From IMG/VR virus record IMGVR_UViG_3300033076_000548, positions 1 through 45,806 of that record: a DNA stretch of 45,806 nucleotides; one strand, written 5' to 3'. This DNA comes from a virus. Its lineage: Duplodnaviria; Caudoviricetes. The notes below the pieces were generated by a model. That model was not told where the DNA came from. It saw only the letters and a list, made by a program, of their open reading frames with translations, and made no database searches. Of the stretch, positions 8,782 through 16,971 are shown in pieces; within the stretch, counting starts at the first letter, position 1; every line of letters starts with the position of its first letter. Both the position numbers and the translations under genes were made by a program.

Positions 8782-9285
8782 ATGAAAGAATTCGTGGAGG
8801 CGCTGAAGGCTCAAATTGCGTTTGAGATGCGAAGGTACATGGGTCGCGAGCGCATTGAAAGCATCATCGACCAGTTCGCCGCGACCTGGCGGCCGGAGCA
8901 GCGGGCTGCGCAAGGGGTCGACACAAGCCCGGAGGCTCAGCAGGCCGTGCCGCAGGGGTGGATTGACGCAGTGCGTGACGCGGCATTTGATGAGGAAGGC
9001 TACACCCTGAATCCTGATCTTGCTGAGGTGCACGCCGCCATGCTCGCCGTGGCCGCTGAGAAGGAGGCGCAGGCTTTAGAATATGTGTCGCTATTTGGCC
9101 AAACCCAAGAAGCTCTTGATCGCATTGCCGAGCTGGAAAGCAAACTGGGTGCGGAGCAGTGCAAGGCCGTATCGATGGAGGCTCTGGCCGTTAAACGCGC
9201 AGAGATGCTCGCTGCGGCCCCGGAGGCTCCGCTCAACTATCCGGGCCGGCGCGGCGAGGCTGACGCTGGCAATGAAGGAAAATAA
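8782..9285 (+). CDS. hypothetical modular protein (VDTS, AVAAEKE, AAPEAP modules)
   Basis: SD AGGAG; GC-rich. Confidence 0.7.
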   Translation: MKEFVEALKAQIAFEMRRYMGRERIESIIDQFAATWRPEQRAAQGVDTSPEAQQAVPQGWIDAVRDAAFDEEGYTLNPDLAEVHAAMLAVAAEKEAQALEYVSLFGQTQEALDRIAELESKLGAEQCKAVSMEALAVKRAEMLAAAPEAPLNYPGRRGEADAGNEGK

Positions 9286-9635
9286 TGCTTGAAGAATGGC
9301 CAGAAACACCCACTCCAAAAGGGCATACAGGTAGGTGGGTGACATTACAAGCAGACATTAGAGAAAACTCTACTGGTGTAGTTAGAGAATACACAATGCC
9401 TGCTCCTCTAGAGAAGGAAGAAAAGCTCTCTACATGGATTTGGGAAGAGGGTAATTATGCCTGTGATTGCAACCGTAGATTATTTTTTGGATATGCAATA
9501 GGTGAGGACTATGATGATATTGATCATCCGTGTGGAGATAGTTTGTTTTCTGTTCGGATACGAAACCCAAGAACAAAAACTGTTTTCTACTCAGATTTTG
9601 TAGAGGATGATGAAAACAATGGGACATCGTTATAG
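9285..9635 (+). CDS. hypothetical protein with CDC motif
   Basis: WEEGNYACDCNRRLFF; SD AAGGA. Confidence 0.7.
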   Translation: MLEEWPETPTPKGHTGRWVTLQADIRENSTGVVREYTMPAPLEKEEKLSTWIWEEGNYACDCNRRLFFGYAIGEDYDDIDHPCGDSLFSVRIRNPRTKTVFYSDFVEDDENNGTSL

Positions 9636-9825
9636 TGATAAGGCATTAGCCCTATATTTTTATGTGTGTCAAGGAATAAACAGGTCTTCTGCTTTACATA
9701 TTAAAACAGGTATAACACCAGAAGAAGTTCACTTTATCTTAATGGATATGCGTAGGAAAAAACTTATTAGGCATAATAAGAAATATGGGTGGAGGCCAGT
9801 CCCAATTGAAAACCTTAACACTTGA
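9607..9825 (+). CDS. small basic protein, possibly winged-helix
   Basis: 72 aa, helix-turn-helix-like pattern with a basic C-terminal hairpin. Confidence 0.5.
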   Translation: MMKTMGHRYSDKALALYFYVCQGINRSSALHIKTGITPEEVHFILMDMRRKKLIRHNKKYGWRPVPIENLNT

Positions 9826-10954
9826 CAGCGAAGTAACAACTCACGCTAAAGGAAACCCATTCTCACGTAAAAACCATTCTGTGTGTTGGAGCTGGAAGCG
9901 GGACACCAATCCCGCTAAATGCAACATGCATTCTTGGAAGAAGAGGCGTTCTTCCATACAGAACGCCCTAAAAAAACACCAGCCTTTGCTGGTGTTTTTT
10001 AATGCTAAGTTTGACATTCATTGGGGGAGGAATGACGGAATAGATTTGACTGGTTGCCCCATCTGGTGTTGTCAGCTTGCTGAATACATTCTTGAGAACC
10101 AGCGCCAGCGCTATCCTTCTCTAGAAGATGCAGCAGTTAAGTATGGCCTAGGACACAAGGAAGATGTTGTGAAGAAGGTGTATTGGGAGCAGGGCCTGGA
10201 CACCATCTTTGTCCCATGGCACGTCCTTAGCAGCTATGCCAACCAAGACGTAGAGCTGACGTATAAGGTCTATCAAAAACAGCTTGAACAGTTTGAAGTA
10301 CAGCCTCGCCTATTTAGGTTGTTCAAACAGGCTTGTGCTGATTTGTTGGTGTTGTTAGAAATGGAGAAGAATGGTATTTGGTACGATGCAGAGATGTGTC
10401 GAGAAAAAGAAGTAGAAGCAGAAGCTGAGCTTGCACAAATCAAGGAGGAGCTTGCCAACGTCTATCCAAATATTCCTATCAATTTCAACAGCAATGACGA
10501 CCTGTCGGCCTTCTTATATGGTGGTGTTATAACAGAGACAGTGAAGGAGCTTGATGGATTTTATAAGAGTGGTGCTAAGAAAGGAATGCCTAAGTACAAG
10601 AACGTAAAGAAGGAGCACCAGCTTCCACGTCTGTGTGAACCTATTAAGAGGAGTGAGACAAAGAAACCTGGCTTCTGGAAAACCTCTAAAGACCTGCTTG
10701 TACAGCTTAAAGGGCCTTATGCTAAGAAGTATGTCAGTAAGCTGTTACGCCTGGCGGATCTAGACAAACAAATTACCAGCTACTATCGCAAGCTTCCTTC
10801 AATAACACAGGAGATGGATTGGGAGCCAGGTGTACTACACGGACAACTAAACCAATGTGTGACGGCAACAGGCCGCTTGTCTGCTGACATATTTAACCAG
10901 CAGAACATGGCCGGCAACAGTAAAAACATTCTTATCAGTCGATATACAACATGA
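9806..10954 (+). CDS. family A DNA polymerase, N-terminal subunit (3'-5' exonuclease + thumb)
   Basis: ExoI LDSE, ExoII FNAKFD, ExoIII YANQD; INFNS; TATGRLS near the C-terminus; TTG start after GGAGG. Confidence 0.9.
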   Translation: MKTLTLDSEVTTHAKGNPFSRKNHSVCWSWKRDTNPAKCNMHSWKKRRSSIQNALKKHQPLLVFFNAKFDIHWGRNDGIDLTGCPIWCCQLAEYILENQRQRYPSLEDAAVKYGLGHKEDVVKKVYWEQGLDTIFVPWHVLSSYANQDVELTYKVYQKQLEQFEVQPRLFRLFKQACADLLVLLEMEKNGIWYDAEMCREKEVEAEAELAQIKEELANVYPNIPINFNSNDDLSAFLYGGVITETVKELDGFYKSGAKKGMPKYKNVKKEHQLPRLCEPIKRSETKKPGFWKTSKDLLVQLKGPYAKKYVSKLLRLADLDKQITSYYRKLPSITQEMDWEPGVLHGQLNQCVTATGRLSADIFNQQNMAGNSKNILISRYTT

Positions 10955-11154
10955 GAACCAAAAACAAAGAAGAACAATTTATTTTCTCCCTCGTCGACAT
11001 GGCCAATTTCCTAGAGGAATGGGGTGTTGAATATGTAATGAAGGAGCTTCAACAATTTGACAGCATTGTGCACACCAACCTCCAACGACACTTCCAAATG
11101 GATAGCACCACGAAGCGTGTGGCTGCTTTGCTGCGAGATTTCGATGTGGCGTAA
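10951..11154 (+). CDS. hypothetical protein between the polymerase halves
   Basis: ATGA-coupled ORF. Confidence 0.65.
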   Translation: MRTKNKEEQFIFSLVDMANFLEEWGVEYVMKELQQFDSIVHTNLQRHFQMDSTTKRVAALLRDFDVA

Positions 11155-11199
11155 AAGAGAAGGAAAGATGTTTGTATCGTATAGACAACAGGACTAAAC

Positions 11200-11454
11200 A
11201 TGGCACGAAGTAAATATGTATATGTATTAATGTATTGTCCCTGTGAGGAAGACTCTGTGTGGGAGCCAGTAATGGCCTACACAGTTAAACATGAGCTTGT
11301 TTGGAGGTGGTACAAAGATTGTTTCAGTGATATTAATTTCCAAGTATTGAGATTTGGTGATGGTGTTCCTGGCAACTGTGGGACAGACATTACTGAAAAG
11401 ATTGTGAAAGAATCAAACCAGCTCAAGAAGCTGGAGGAGGGAGAGCCTTGTTAG
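11200..11454 (+). CDS. hypothetical protein between the polymerase halves
   Basis: SD AGGA; 84 aa. Confidence 0.65.
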   Translation: MARSKYVYVLMYCPCEEDSVWEPVMAYTVKHELVWRWYKDCFSDINFQVLRFGDGVPGNCGTDITEKIVKESNQLKKLEEGEPC

Positions 11455-12179
11455 TCAATTGTGATGCCAAGGCTCTTTAGCTTGAGTGGGTAACCCTGGC
11501 AGAGCTAAGCCAAGACCCTGTAGCTAAACGTGAGCTTGAGGAGAAGATTGATCAACACACTTCAAACCAATCCCTGTTCAACCTACCTACCCGTAAGGTG
11601 GCAAAACTCTACCTCTTCAGAACTATCTACAACAGAGGCAAAGGCTTTGCCTTCACTGTAGATCCCGACTTCCTACATGTGTCTACAAGTGTGAAGTTTT
11701 GGGACAACATTGGAGAGAAGTTTTACGAGAAGTATGCTGGCATCAACAGGAAGCATCTAGAATGGATACAACATGTGTCCCAAGGCAATGTTCTGGAGGG
11801 GCCTTCAGGCCGGCAATGGAAGTTTGAGATGCTACCCAATTGGAAAGGAGAACTGGAATGGCCAGTGAACAGTATTATATGCTATCCCAACCAAGGCACT
11901 GCTGCTGATGTGATGATGCTGGCTCGCCTCAGTCTCGCCAGCCGACTTAAAAAACTAGCTCTTCCAGAAATCCTTATGATTTCTACAGTGCATGACAGCA
12001 TTGTGCTAGATAGCCCTAAGAAGCATGTTCCTATGCTAGTAGAGCTGTTTCACTCTGTGTTTGATGATTTGCCTAAGAACATCAAGAAATGCTGGGGGTA
12101 TGAATGGAACACCCCATTAACATGCGAAGTGAGTGTTGGTCCTAATATGAAAGACCTTGAGGAAGTATCTCGTAGCTAA
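11448..12179 (+). CDS. family A DNA polymerase, catalytic subunit, with an in-frame TAG at 11478-11480 inside motif A
   Basis: TTG after GGAGGAGG gives MLVNCDAKAL*LEW (motif A), in frame with motif B RKVAKLYLFRTIY, NQGTAAD and motif C VHDS. Confidence 0.9.
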
Positions 12180-12205
12180 GGCTACTCGTTTATAAAGGAA
12201 AGAAA

Positions 12206-12787
12206 ATGAAGATTAAAATTGTATCTATTGAAAAGAACGCAGCCACCGCCAAGAATGGGAAGCCTTATGAAGTGATTGAGGTAGCTTATAAGAACCTATC
12301 ATTCAATGGTAAGATGGAGAGCCGGAAGATTATGCCTTTTGGTAGCACGGCTGACACAGCTCGTATGCTGTCTAAGGCGTCTGCTGGGGAGCTGTATGAA
12401 ATCACTGTGGTGAAGAATGCTGCTGGGTATAACGACTGGACTGCTTGTGCTCCTACTGATGAGGCACCAACAACCCCTTATCCACATCCTGTTACGGCGA
12501 GCAAACTTGCATCACTCCCTAACAAAGCATCTTCTGGGAATTACCCCACTGCGGAAGAGCGTGCTAAAACGCAAGTTTATATTGTACGTCAAAGCTCTAT
12601 TAACCAGGCCCTGGAATATTTGAAACTTACTGGTACTGATATGGACCGCATCCCAGAAGTTACAGATGTCTTAGAAATTGCTAAGAAGTTTGAGCAGCAT
12701 GTGTTTTCTATAGCACAGCCTAAGAGCCTGCTTGATATGGAGAATGACCTTCCTCCTGTTGAGGCGTATGACGACATTCCAGATTGA
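12206..12787 (+). CDS. putative single-stranded DNA-binding protein
   Basis: OB-fold-like beta-rich N-terminus, acidic tail YDDIPD, position after the polymerase. Confidence 0.55.
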   Translation: MKIKIVSIEKNAATAKNGKPYEVIEVAYKNLSFNGKMESRKIMPFGSTADTARMLSKASAGELYEITVVKNAAGYNDWTACAPTDEAPTTPYPHPVTASKLASLPNKASSGNYPTAEERAKTQVYIVRQSSINQALEYLKLTGTDMDRIPEVTDVLEIAKKFEQHVFSIAQPKSLLDMENDLPPVEAYDDIPD

Positions 12788-12790
12788 TGT

Positions 12791-12955
12791 ATGTTTAAGT
12801 TTTTACTAGTTGTACTGCTGTCGGGACAACCGCCACAACCTGTGGCCTTGTTCACCCATCCAGCTATGTGCCAATATATGGCTGCTGTAATTAATAAGTC
12901 TGACATTGATGGGAGAGCTGTCTGTATTGAAACAGTTCCATATGGAGACACTTGA
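12791..12955 (+). CDS. small secreted/membrane protein (54 aa)
   Basis: MFKFLLVVLLSG hydrophobic N-terminus, two Cys. Confidence 0.5.
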   Translation: MFKFLLVVLLSGQPPQPVALFTHPAMCQYMAAVINKSDIDGRAVCIETVPYGDT

Positions 12956-13338
12956 TGCGAAAGATTTTTGAGTGGTTTATTCCTTCTATGTTTTGGTGGA
13001 AGACAAAGAAAAGCACTCTTCTAAACTCTGCTCGATTAGACCATTTATACAATCCTGGTGTAGGTAAGCGGAATGGGGAACATTATCTATGTTTTGCTGT
13101 AAGCAAAGCCGCTCAAGAAGTGAAAGAGGACCATCCCATTCTATCCTTCTTTTTTGGTACGAATGAGTGGAAACTAAGGGATGACATTATGGACTTGCTT
13201 AATGGGCACTCTTGCGTGACCTCTTTCTTGGTAGAACGTGGAGATATTACCTGGTCGGCTGGAGTCGATGAACACCAGTGGGCACGTTGGAAATGGGCTG
13301 GTAAATTGATAAACAAGTATTTGGAACGTGGTGAATGA
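12955..13338 (+). CDS. hypothetical protein (paralog of 3650..3985)
   Basis: SD GGAG; shared motifs. Confidence 0.7.
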   Translation: MRKIFEWFIPSMFWWKTKKSTLLNSARLDHLYNPGVGKRNGEHYLCFAVSKAAQEVKEDHPILSFFFGTNEWKLRDDIMDLLNGHSCVTSFLVERGDITWSAGVDEHQWARWKWAGKLINKYLERGE

Positions 13339-13613
13339 AGATTCCTAAAACATTTAAACTGGGAGGTGTCACTTGGACAGTGGAAAACACAGACCTAGCT
13401 GGTGCTGGTAGCCAGGGATTGTGTAAGAGTGATAAAGCCATCATCCAGCTAGAGAAGACACAGACAAAGGCCACTGTTGGTCAAGTGTTTTGTCACGAGC
13501 TTGTACACGCCATTTTGTTTGCTATGGGGAAGCACGTAGAGCCTCATGACGAAGTGTTTGTCGATGGGTTCGCAACGTTTCTTCACCAATATTTGGAGCA
13601 GCATGGGAAATAG
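13335..13613 (+). CDS. small HExxH metallopeptidase-like protein
   Basis: FCHELVHAIL...HDEVFV. Confidence 0.75.
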   Translation: MKIPKTFKLGGVTWTVENTDLAGAGSQGLCKSDKAIIQLEKTQTKATVGQVFCHELVHAILFAMGKHVEPHDEVFVDGFATFLHQYLEQHGK

Positions 13614-13645
13614 GTCGTTTGAGTACAAACTCCCGAGGAAAACTT

Positions 13646-14464
13646 ATGCAACCACTTCTCATTATAGATTCCGACCACCTAACATATAGAAATGCAGCAT
13701 CATGTGAGCCTACAAAGACACGACTAGACAGGGCAGAGCTTCACATTGCCATCTCTCGTATGGAATGGTCTATCAACAACATATTTGAGAAAACAGGCTC
13801 TGACAAGTATGAGATGTACATTGGTGGAGACAACAATTTCCGCAAGGAAATCTACCCCCTCTATAAAGCCAATCGTGCAAATATGAAGAAGCCTATGTGG
13901 CTTGAAGACTGTCGTGAGCATCTCATGGTGAAGTGGGGAGCTAAAATAATCAATGGTATGGAGGTTGATGATATGTGTGGTATTAGAATGTCCTGCGTCC
14001 ATTCTATCGCCCCCATTTGTGTGTCTCTAGACAAAGACCTTCTACAAATACCAGGCCGGCATTACAACTTCGTCAATGACGAGCACACCATTGTGTCTGA
14101 ACTAGAAGGTATGCGTCGGTTCTATAAGCAAATTATTCTTGGGGATTTGTCCGACAACATTCCGGGATATGATGGGAAATATCGAGACAAGGTGCCCAAG
14201 TTCATTAAGGCTATGCAAGATCCACTGGACTCCTTAGAGGAGGAAGTGGAAATGTACGAGCATGTTTGTGCTGTTTATGGAGGAGATACAGAGCGTGTCG
14301 ACCTACATGCCCAGCTCTTATACGTACTACGAAAAGAAGAACAACATTGGCAAAACCCTCTAAAAAGAAACAAACAGAATGGACCCCAGCCAGAAAGCAC
14401 AGCTTCATCGTCTCACAGCTTCGTGCCGGATCTCGAAGGTGGCCACCCCTCTATGAATGCTTAA
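13646..14464 (+). CDS. 5'-3' exonuclease (T7 gp6/T5 D15-like)
   Basis: IIDSD, NFRKEIYPLYKANR, EVDD, DKDLLQIPG, GDLSDNIPG. Confidence 0.92.
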   Translation: MQPLLIIDSDHLTYRNAASCEPTKTRLDRAELHIAISRMEWSINNIFEKTGSDKYEMYIGGDNNFRKEIYPLYKANRANMKKPMWLEDCREHLMVKWGAKIINGMEVDDMCGIRMSCVHSIAPICVSLDKDLLQIPGRHYNFVNDEHTIVSELEGMRRFYKQIILGDLSDNIPGYDGKYRDKVPKFIKAMQDPLDSLEEEVEMYEHVCAVYGGDTERVDLHAQLLYVLRKEEQHWQNPLKRNKQNGPQPESTASSSHSFVPDLEGGHPSMNA

Positions 14465-14751
14465 ACGAAGCTAAGACAGAGAAGAGGATAAATGTAAAGA
14501 CGGGCCGTATGGCCCAACATTACAGGTGTGCATGGTGTAAGGGAGATTTCTCTAGCACCAATGTAGCTGTAGACCACATACACCCAGTGGTTGATCCAGT
14601 GAAAGGCTTTGAAAGCTGGGACGAGTTTATCAAACGTCTCTATTGCGAAAAAGACAACCTACAGGTGTTGTGTAAGGAATGCCATACAGAGAAGTCGGCA
14701 TTAGAACGAGACATAAGAACTAAACAAAGAAAGAAAAAAGATGTTTCTTAA
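14347..14751 (+). CDS. HNH endonuclease
   Basis: CAWC...VDHIHPV...NLQVLCKECHTEKS; TTG start. Confidence 0.85.
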   Translation: MAKPSKKKQTEWTPARKHSFIVSQLRAGSRRWPPLYECLNEAKTEKRINVKTGRMAQHYRCAWCKGDFSSTNVAVDHIHPVVDPVKGFESWDEFIKRLYCEKDNLQVLCKECHTEKSALERDIRTKQRKKKDVS

Positions 14752-14944
14752 AGAACTGAAGCAAAACAAAGACAAGACAGCAGAGGTGACAATTGAACTC
14801 ACTGAGGAAGAACATCTCCTCATTGCTGAACATGGTCTTATGAACCTCCTACGTATTGGTATTTTAGCCACCTACGGCCAACTACCCACCCAAAATGGGG
14901 GGCTTCCTGAGCAGGAGTTCCCCAAAGGAGGTACGTTGCAGTGA
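14741..14944 (+). CDS. hypothetical protein
   Basis: Coupled ORF. Confidence 0.6.
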   Translation: MFLKELKQNKDKTAEVTIELTEEEHLLIAEHGLMNLLRIGILATYGQLPTQNGGLPEQEFPKGGTLQ

Positions 14945-15717
14945 GCAGTAAAAAGATAGTTGTGATTCCAGACACTCAAATCAAGCCTGGTGTTGACACA
15001 ACATTCCTAACCCACATTGGGATGTACATTGCAGAGAAGCGGCCAGACATTGTTGTGCATCTAGGGGACCATTGGGACATGCCTAGCCTGTCCTCTTATG
15101 ACAAAGGCACAAAGAGCTTTGAAGGCCGGCGCTATAAGGCTGACATTGAGGCAGGGAATGCTGCAATGAAACAGCTTTTGGCTCCAATTGAGGCATACAA
15201 CAAGCAAAAGAAAAAGAACAAAGAGAAGTTGTATAAGCCTGTTATGCATTTTATGTATGGCAATCATGAAAACCGTATTTCCAGAGCAACAAACGATGAT
15301 CCGAAGCTAGATGGCACCATTGGCCTCCAGGACTTGGATTTGTCTGGGTGGATTGTGCATCCATTCTTAGAAGTAGTCACTCTATCTGGTATTGCCTTCA
15401 GTCACTATTTCACCACTGGTGTGATGGGGCGCCCAGCAACAAGTGCACAAGCTCAGTTAAACAAAATGCATATGAGTTGTATTGCCGGACATCAGCAGGG
15501 TTTCCAGATGGCTACAGGCCGTAGGGCGGATGGTGTTCAGCTCACCTCCATTATTTGTGGTTCCTGTTATGAGCATGAGGAGAGTTATTTGGGGCCACAA
15601 GGAAATAGGCACTACCGAGGTATCTTGGTGCTGAATGATGTTCAGCCGCCTGGTGAGTTTGAAATTATGCCTGTTTCTTTACGTTACTTGCGGAGTAAGT
15701 ATGAAAAACTGGAATGA
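14941..15717 (+). CDS. calcineurin-like metallophosphoesterase
   Basis: PDTQ, HLGDHWD, GNHE, FSH and GHQQ motifs. Confidence 0.9.
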   Translation: MSSKKIVVIPDTQIKPGVDTTFLTHIGMYIAEKRPDIVVHLGDHWDMPSLSSYDKGTKSFEGRRYKADIEAGNAAMKQLLAPIEAYNKQKKKNKEKLYKPVMHFMYGNHENRISRATNDDPKLDGTIGLQDLDLSGWIVHPFLEVVTLSGIAFSHYFTTGVMGRPATSAQAQLNKMHMSCIAGHQQGFQMATGRRADGVQLTSIICGSCYEHEESYLGPQGNRHYRGILVLNDVQPPGEFEIMPVSLRYLRSKYEKLE

Positions 15718-16174
15718 GCATATTCCTCCACTAAATTTAAACAACATGCCACAAACAAAGGAAATGAAAACACTACGCGAAGAGCTTCTGGACAGGGCTA
15801 AAGAGAGCACCCATAGGAAGCAGGAATATGGGAAGCCAGAAAATAGCTTTAAGACCATCGCTAAGCTCTGGGAAGCCTTGCTGGGCTCCCGCCTTGATGA
15901 TGCTGGGCTTGAAGAAGCGGATGTTGCCCTTATGCTCGCTCTTGTCAAAGTGGCACGGCTGTCCTCCACCATTACACACGAAGACAGTTGGGTTGATTTG
16001 GCAGGCTATGCTGCTTGTGGGTATGAGGCTACTTCCTATCAACGAGCAAACCAAAAACTGGCTGATGAGTTGGATAATGAGATGTTTAGCACCAATTGGT
16101 TGGGGGCTTACTACACCTCTTGTCCAAAGTTTGACTATGAAGCGCTACACAAAGCCATTAAGGAGTGGAAATAA
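15701..16174 (+). CDS. DUF6378-like protein
   Basis: YGKPENSFKTIAKLW...DVALMLALVKVAR...HEDSWVDLAGYAACG. Confidence 0.75.
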   Translation: MKNWNEHIPPLNLNNMPQTKEMKTLREELLDRAKESTHRKQEYGKPENSFKTIAKLWEALLGSRLDDAGLEEADVALMLALVKVARLSSTITHEDSWVDLAGYAACGYEATSYQRANQKLADELDNEMFSTNWLGAYYTSCPKFDYEALHKAIKEWK

Positions 16175-16725
16175 TGGCTCCTTGGATTGAAACTGCATCT
16201 GGCAAGAAATATCATTTCTTGTCTCCAAAACTTGAGGATATTTGCATTGAAGACATTGGGTTTGCTCTTAGTAATAAGTGCCGGTTTAGTGGGCACACTC
16301 AGTTTTACTCTGTTGCTGAGCATTGTGTGGCCGTTGCTCGTCGTCTGCCTCGCCGTCTACAGCTTGCTGGACTGCTTCATGATGCAGCTGAAGCATATCT
16401 GGGAGACATTCCATCTCCGCTCAAAGAACATCTTCCAGACTATAAAAATCTGGAACGTATAAATGAAGCTGTTATAGAAGAGAAGTTTAACATTCTTCTC
16501 TCTTCCAATGAACGTAGGGAAATTAAACAAGCCGACCTACAGGCTTTGTATAATGAAGCCTATTTTCTCCTTCCCTCTCAGGGGGAGGAGTTTAGTATGT
16601 TCCAACACAAGAAGTGGGAGCTAGATCGCATCTATCCCGAATGTCTTCCTCCTGAGGATGCCTTCCGTGTGTTTATGAGCACCTACCACTCCCTGGCGCT
16701 GCCTATACAAATGGAGCTGTTCTAA
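16174..16725 (+). CDS. HD-domain phosphohydrolase (YfbR/YfdR-like deoxynucleotidase)
   Basis: RFSGH..FYSVAEH, LLHDAAEAYLGDIPSPLK. Confidence 0.88.
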   Translation: MAPWIETASGKKYHFLSPKLEDICIEDIGFALSNKCRFSGHTQFYSVAEHCVAVARRLPRRLQLAGLLHDAAEAYLGDIPSPLKEHLPDYKNLERINEAVIEEKFNILLSSNERREIKQADLQALYNEAYFLLPSQGEEFSMFQHKKWELDRIYPECLPPEDAFRVFMSTYHSLALPIQMELF

Positions 16726-16850
16726 GTAGACAATGAGAGAAAAAGAAGAGAGACAGGAAAAGAAGAGATATAAAACCCGCATTCAAGAGGAGCGTAATGC
16801 CGAGAAAGAGATTAGAGAATACACCAGACAATATAAGAATGGTGGAGCAG

Positions 16851-16970
16851 ATGAAGACCGAGAATGGGATAGTAAAGAGGGGAACCAAATGCGGCCAATG
16901 TAATGGGTATTTACGCAAAGGGTTTTGCATCACCTGTTATGTAAAGAATAAGAACAAAAAGGAGAACTAA
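16851..16970 (+). CDS. tiny zinc-finger protein (alternative start 16797)
   Basis: CGQC...CITC; stop lies 1 nt before the RNR ATA. Confidence 0.5.
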   Translation: MKTENGIVKRGTKCGQCNGYLRKGFCITCYVKNKNKKEN

Positions 16971-16971
16971 A

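Noticed and set aside
10954-11448. Group I intron or split intein joining the polymerase halves
   Set aside because: The gap holds two ordinary ORFs; no recognisable intron core or intein termini; the second half has its own SD
11478-11480. Genome-wide TAG reassignment or amber suppression explaining the polymerase stop
   Set aside because: TAG terminates normal genes here (e.g. at 13613 and 45353), no suppressor tRNA is present, and readthrough would leave motif A two residues too long
15701-16725. Z-genome (2-aminoadenine) pathway
   Set aside because: An HD hydrolase is present but there is no PurZ-like gene in the window
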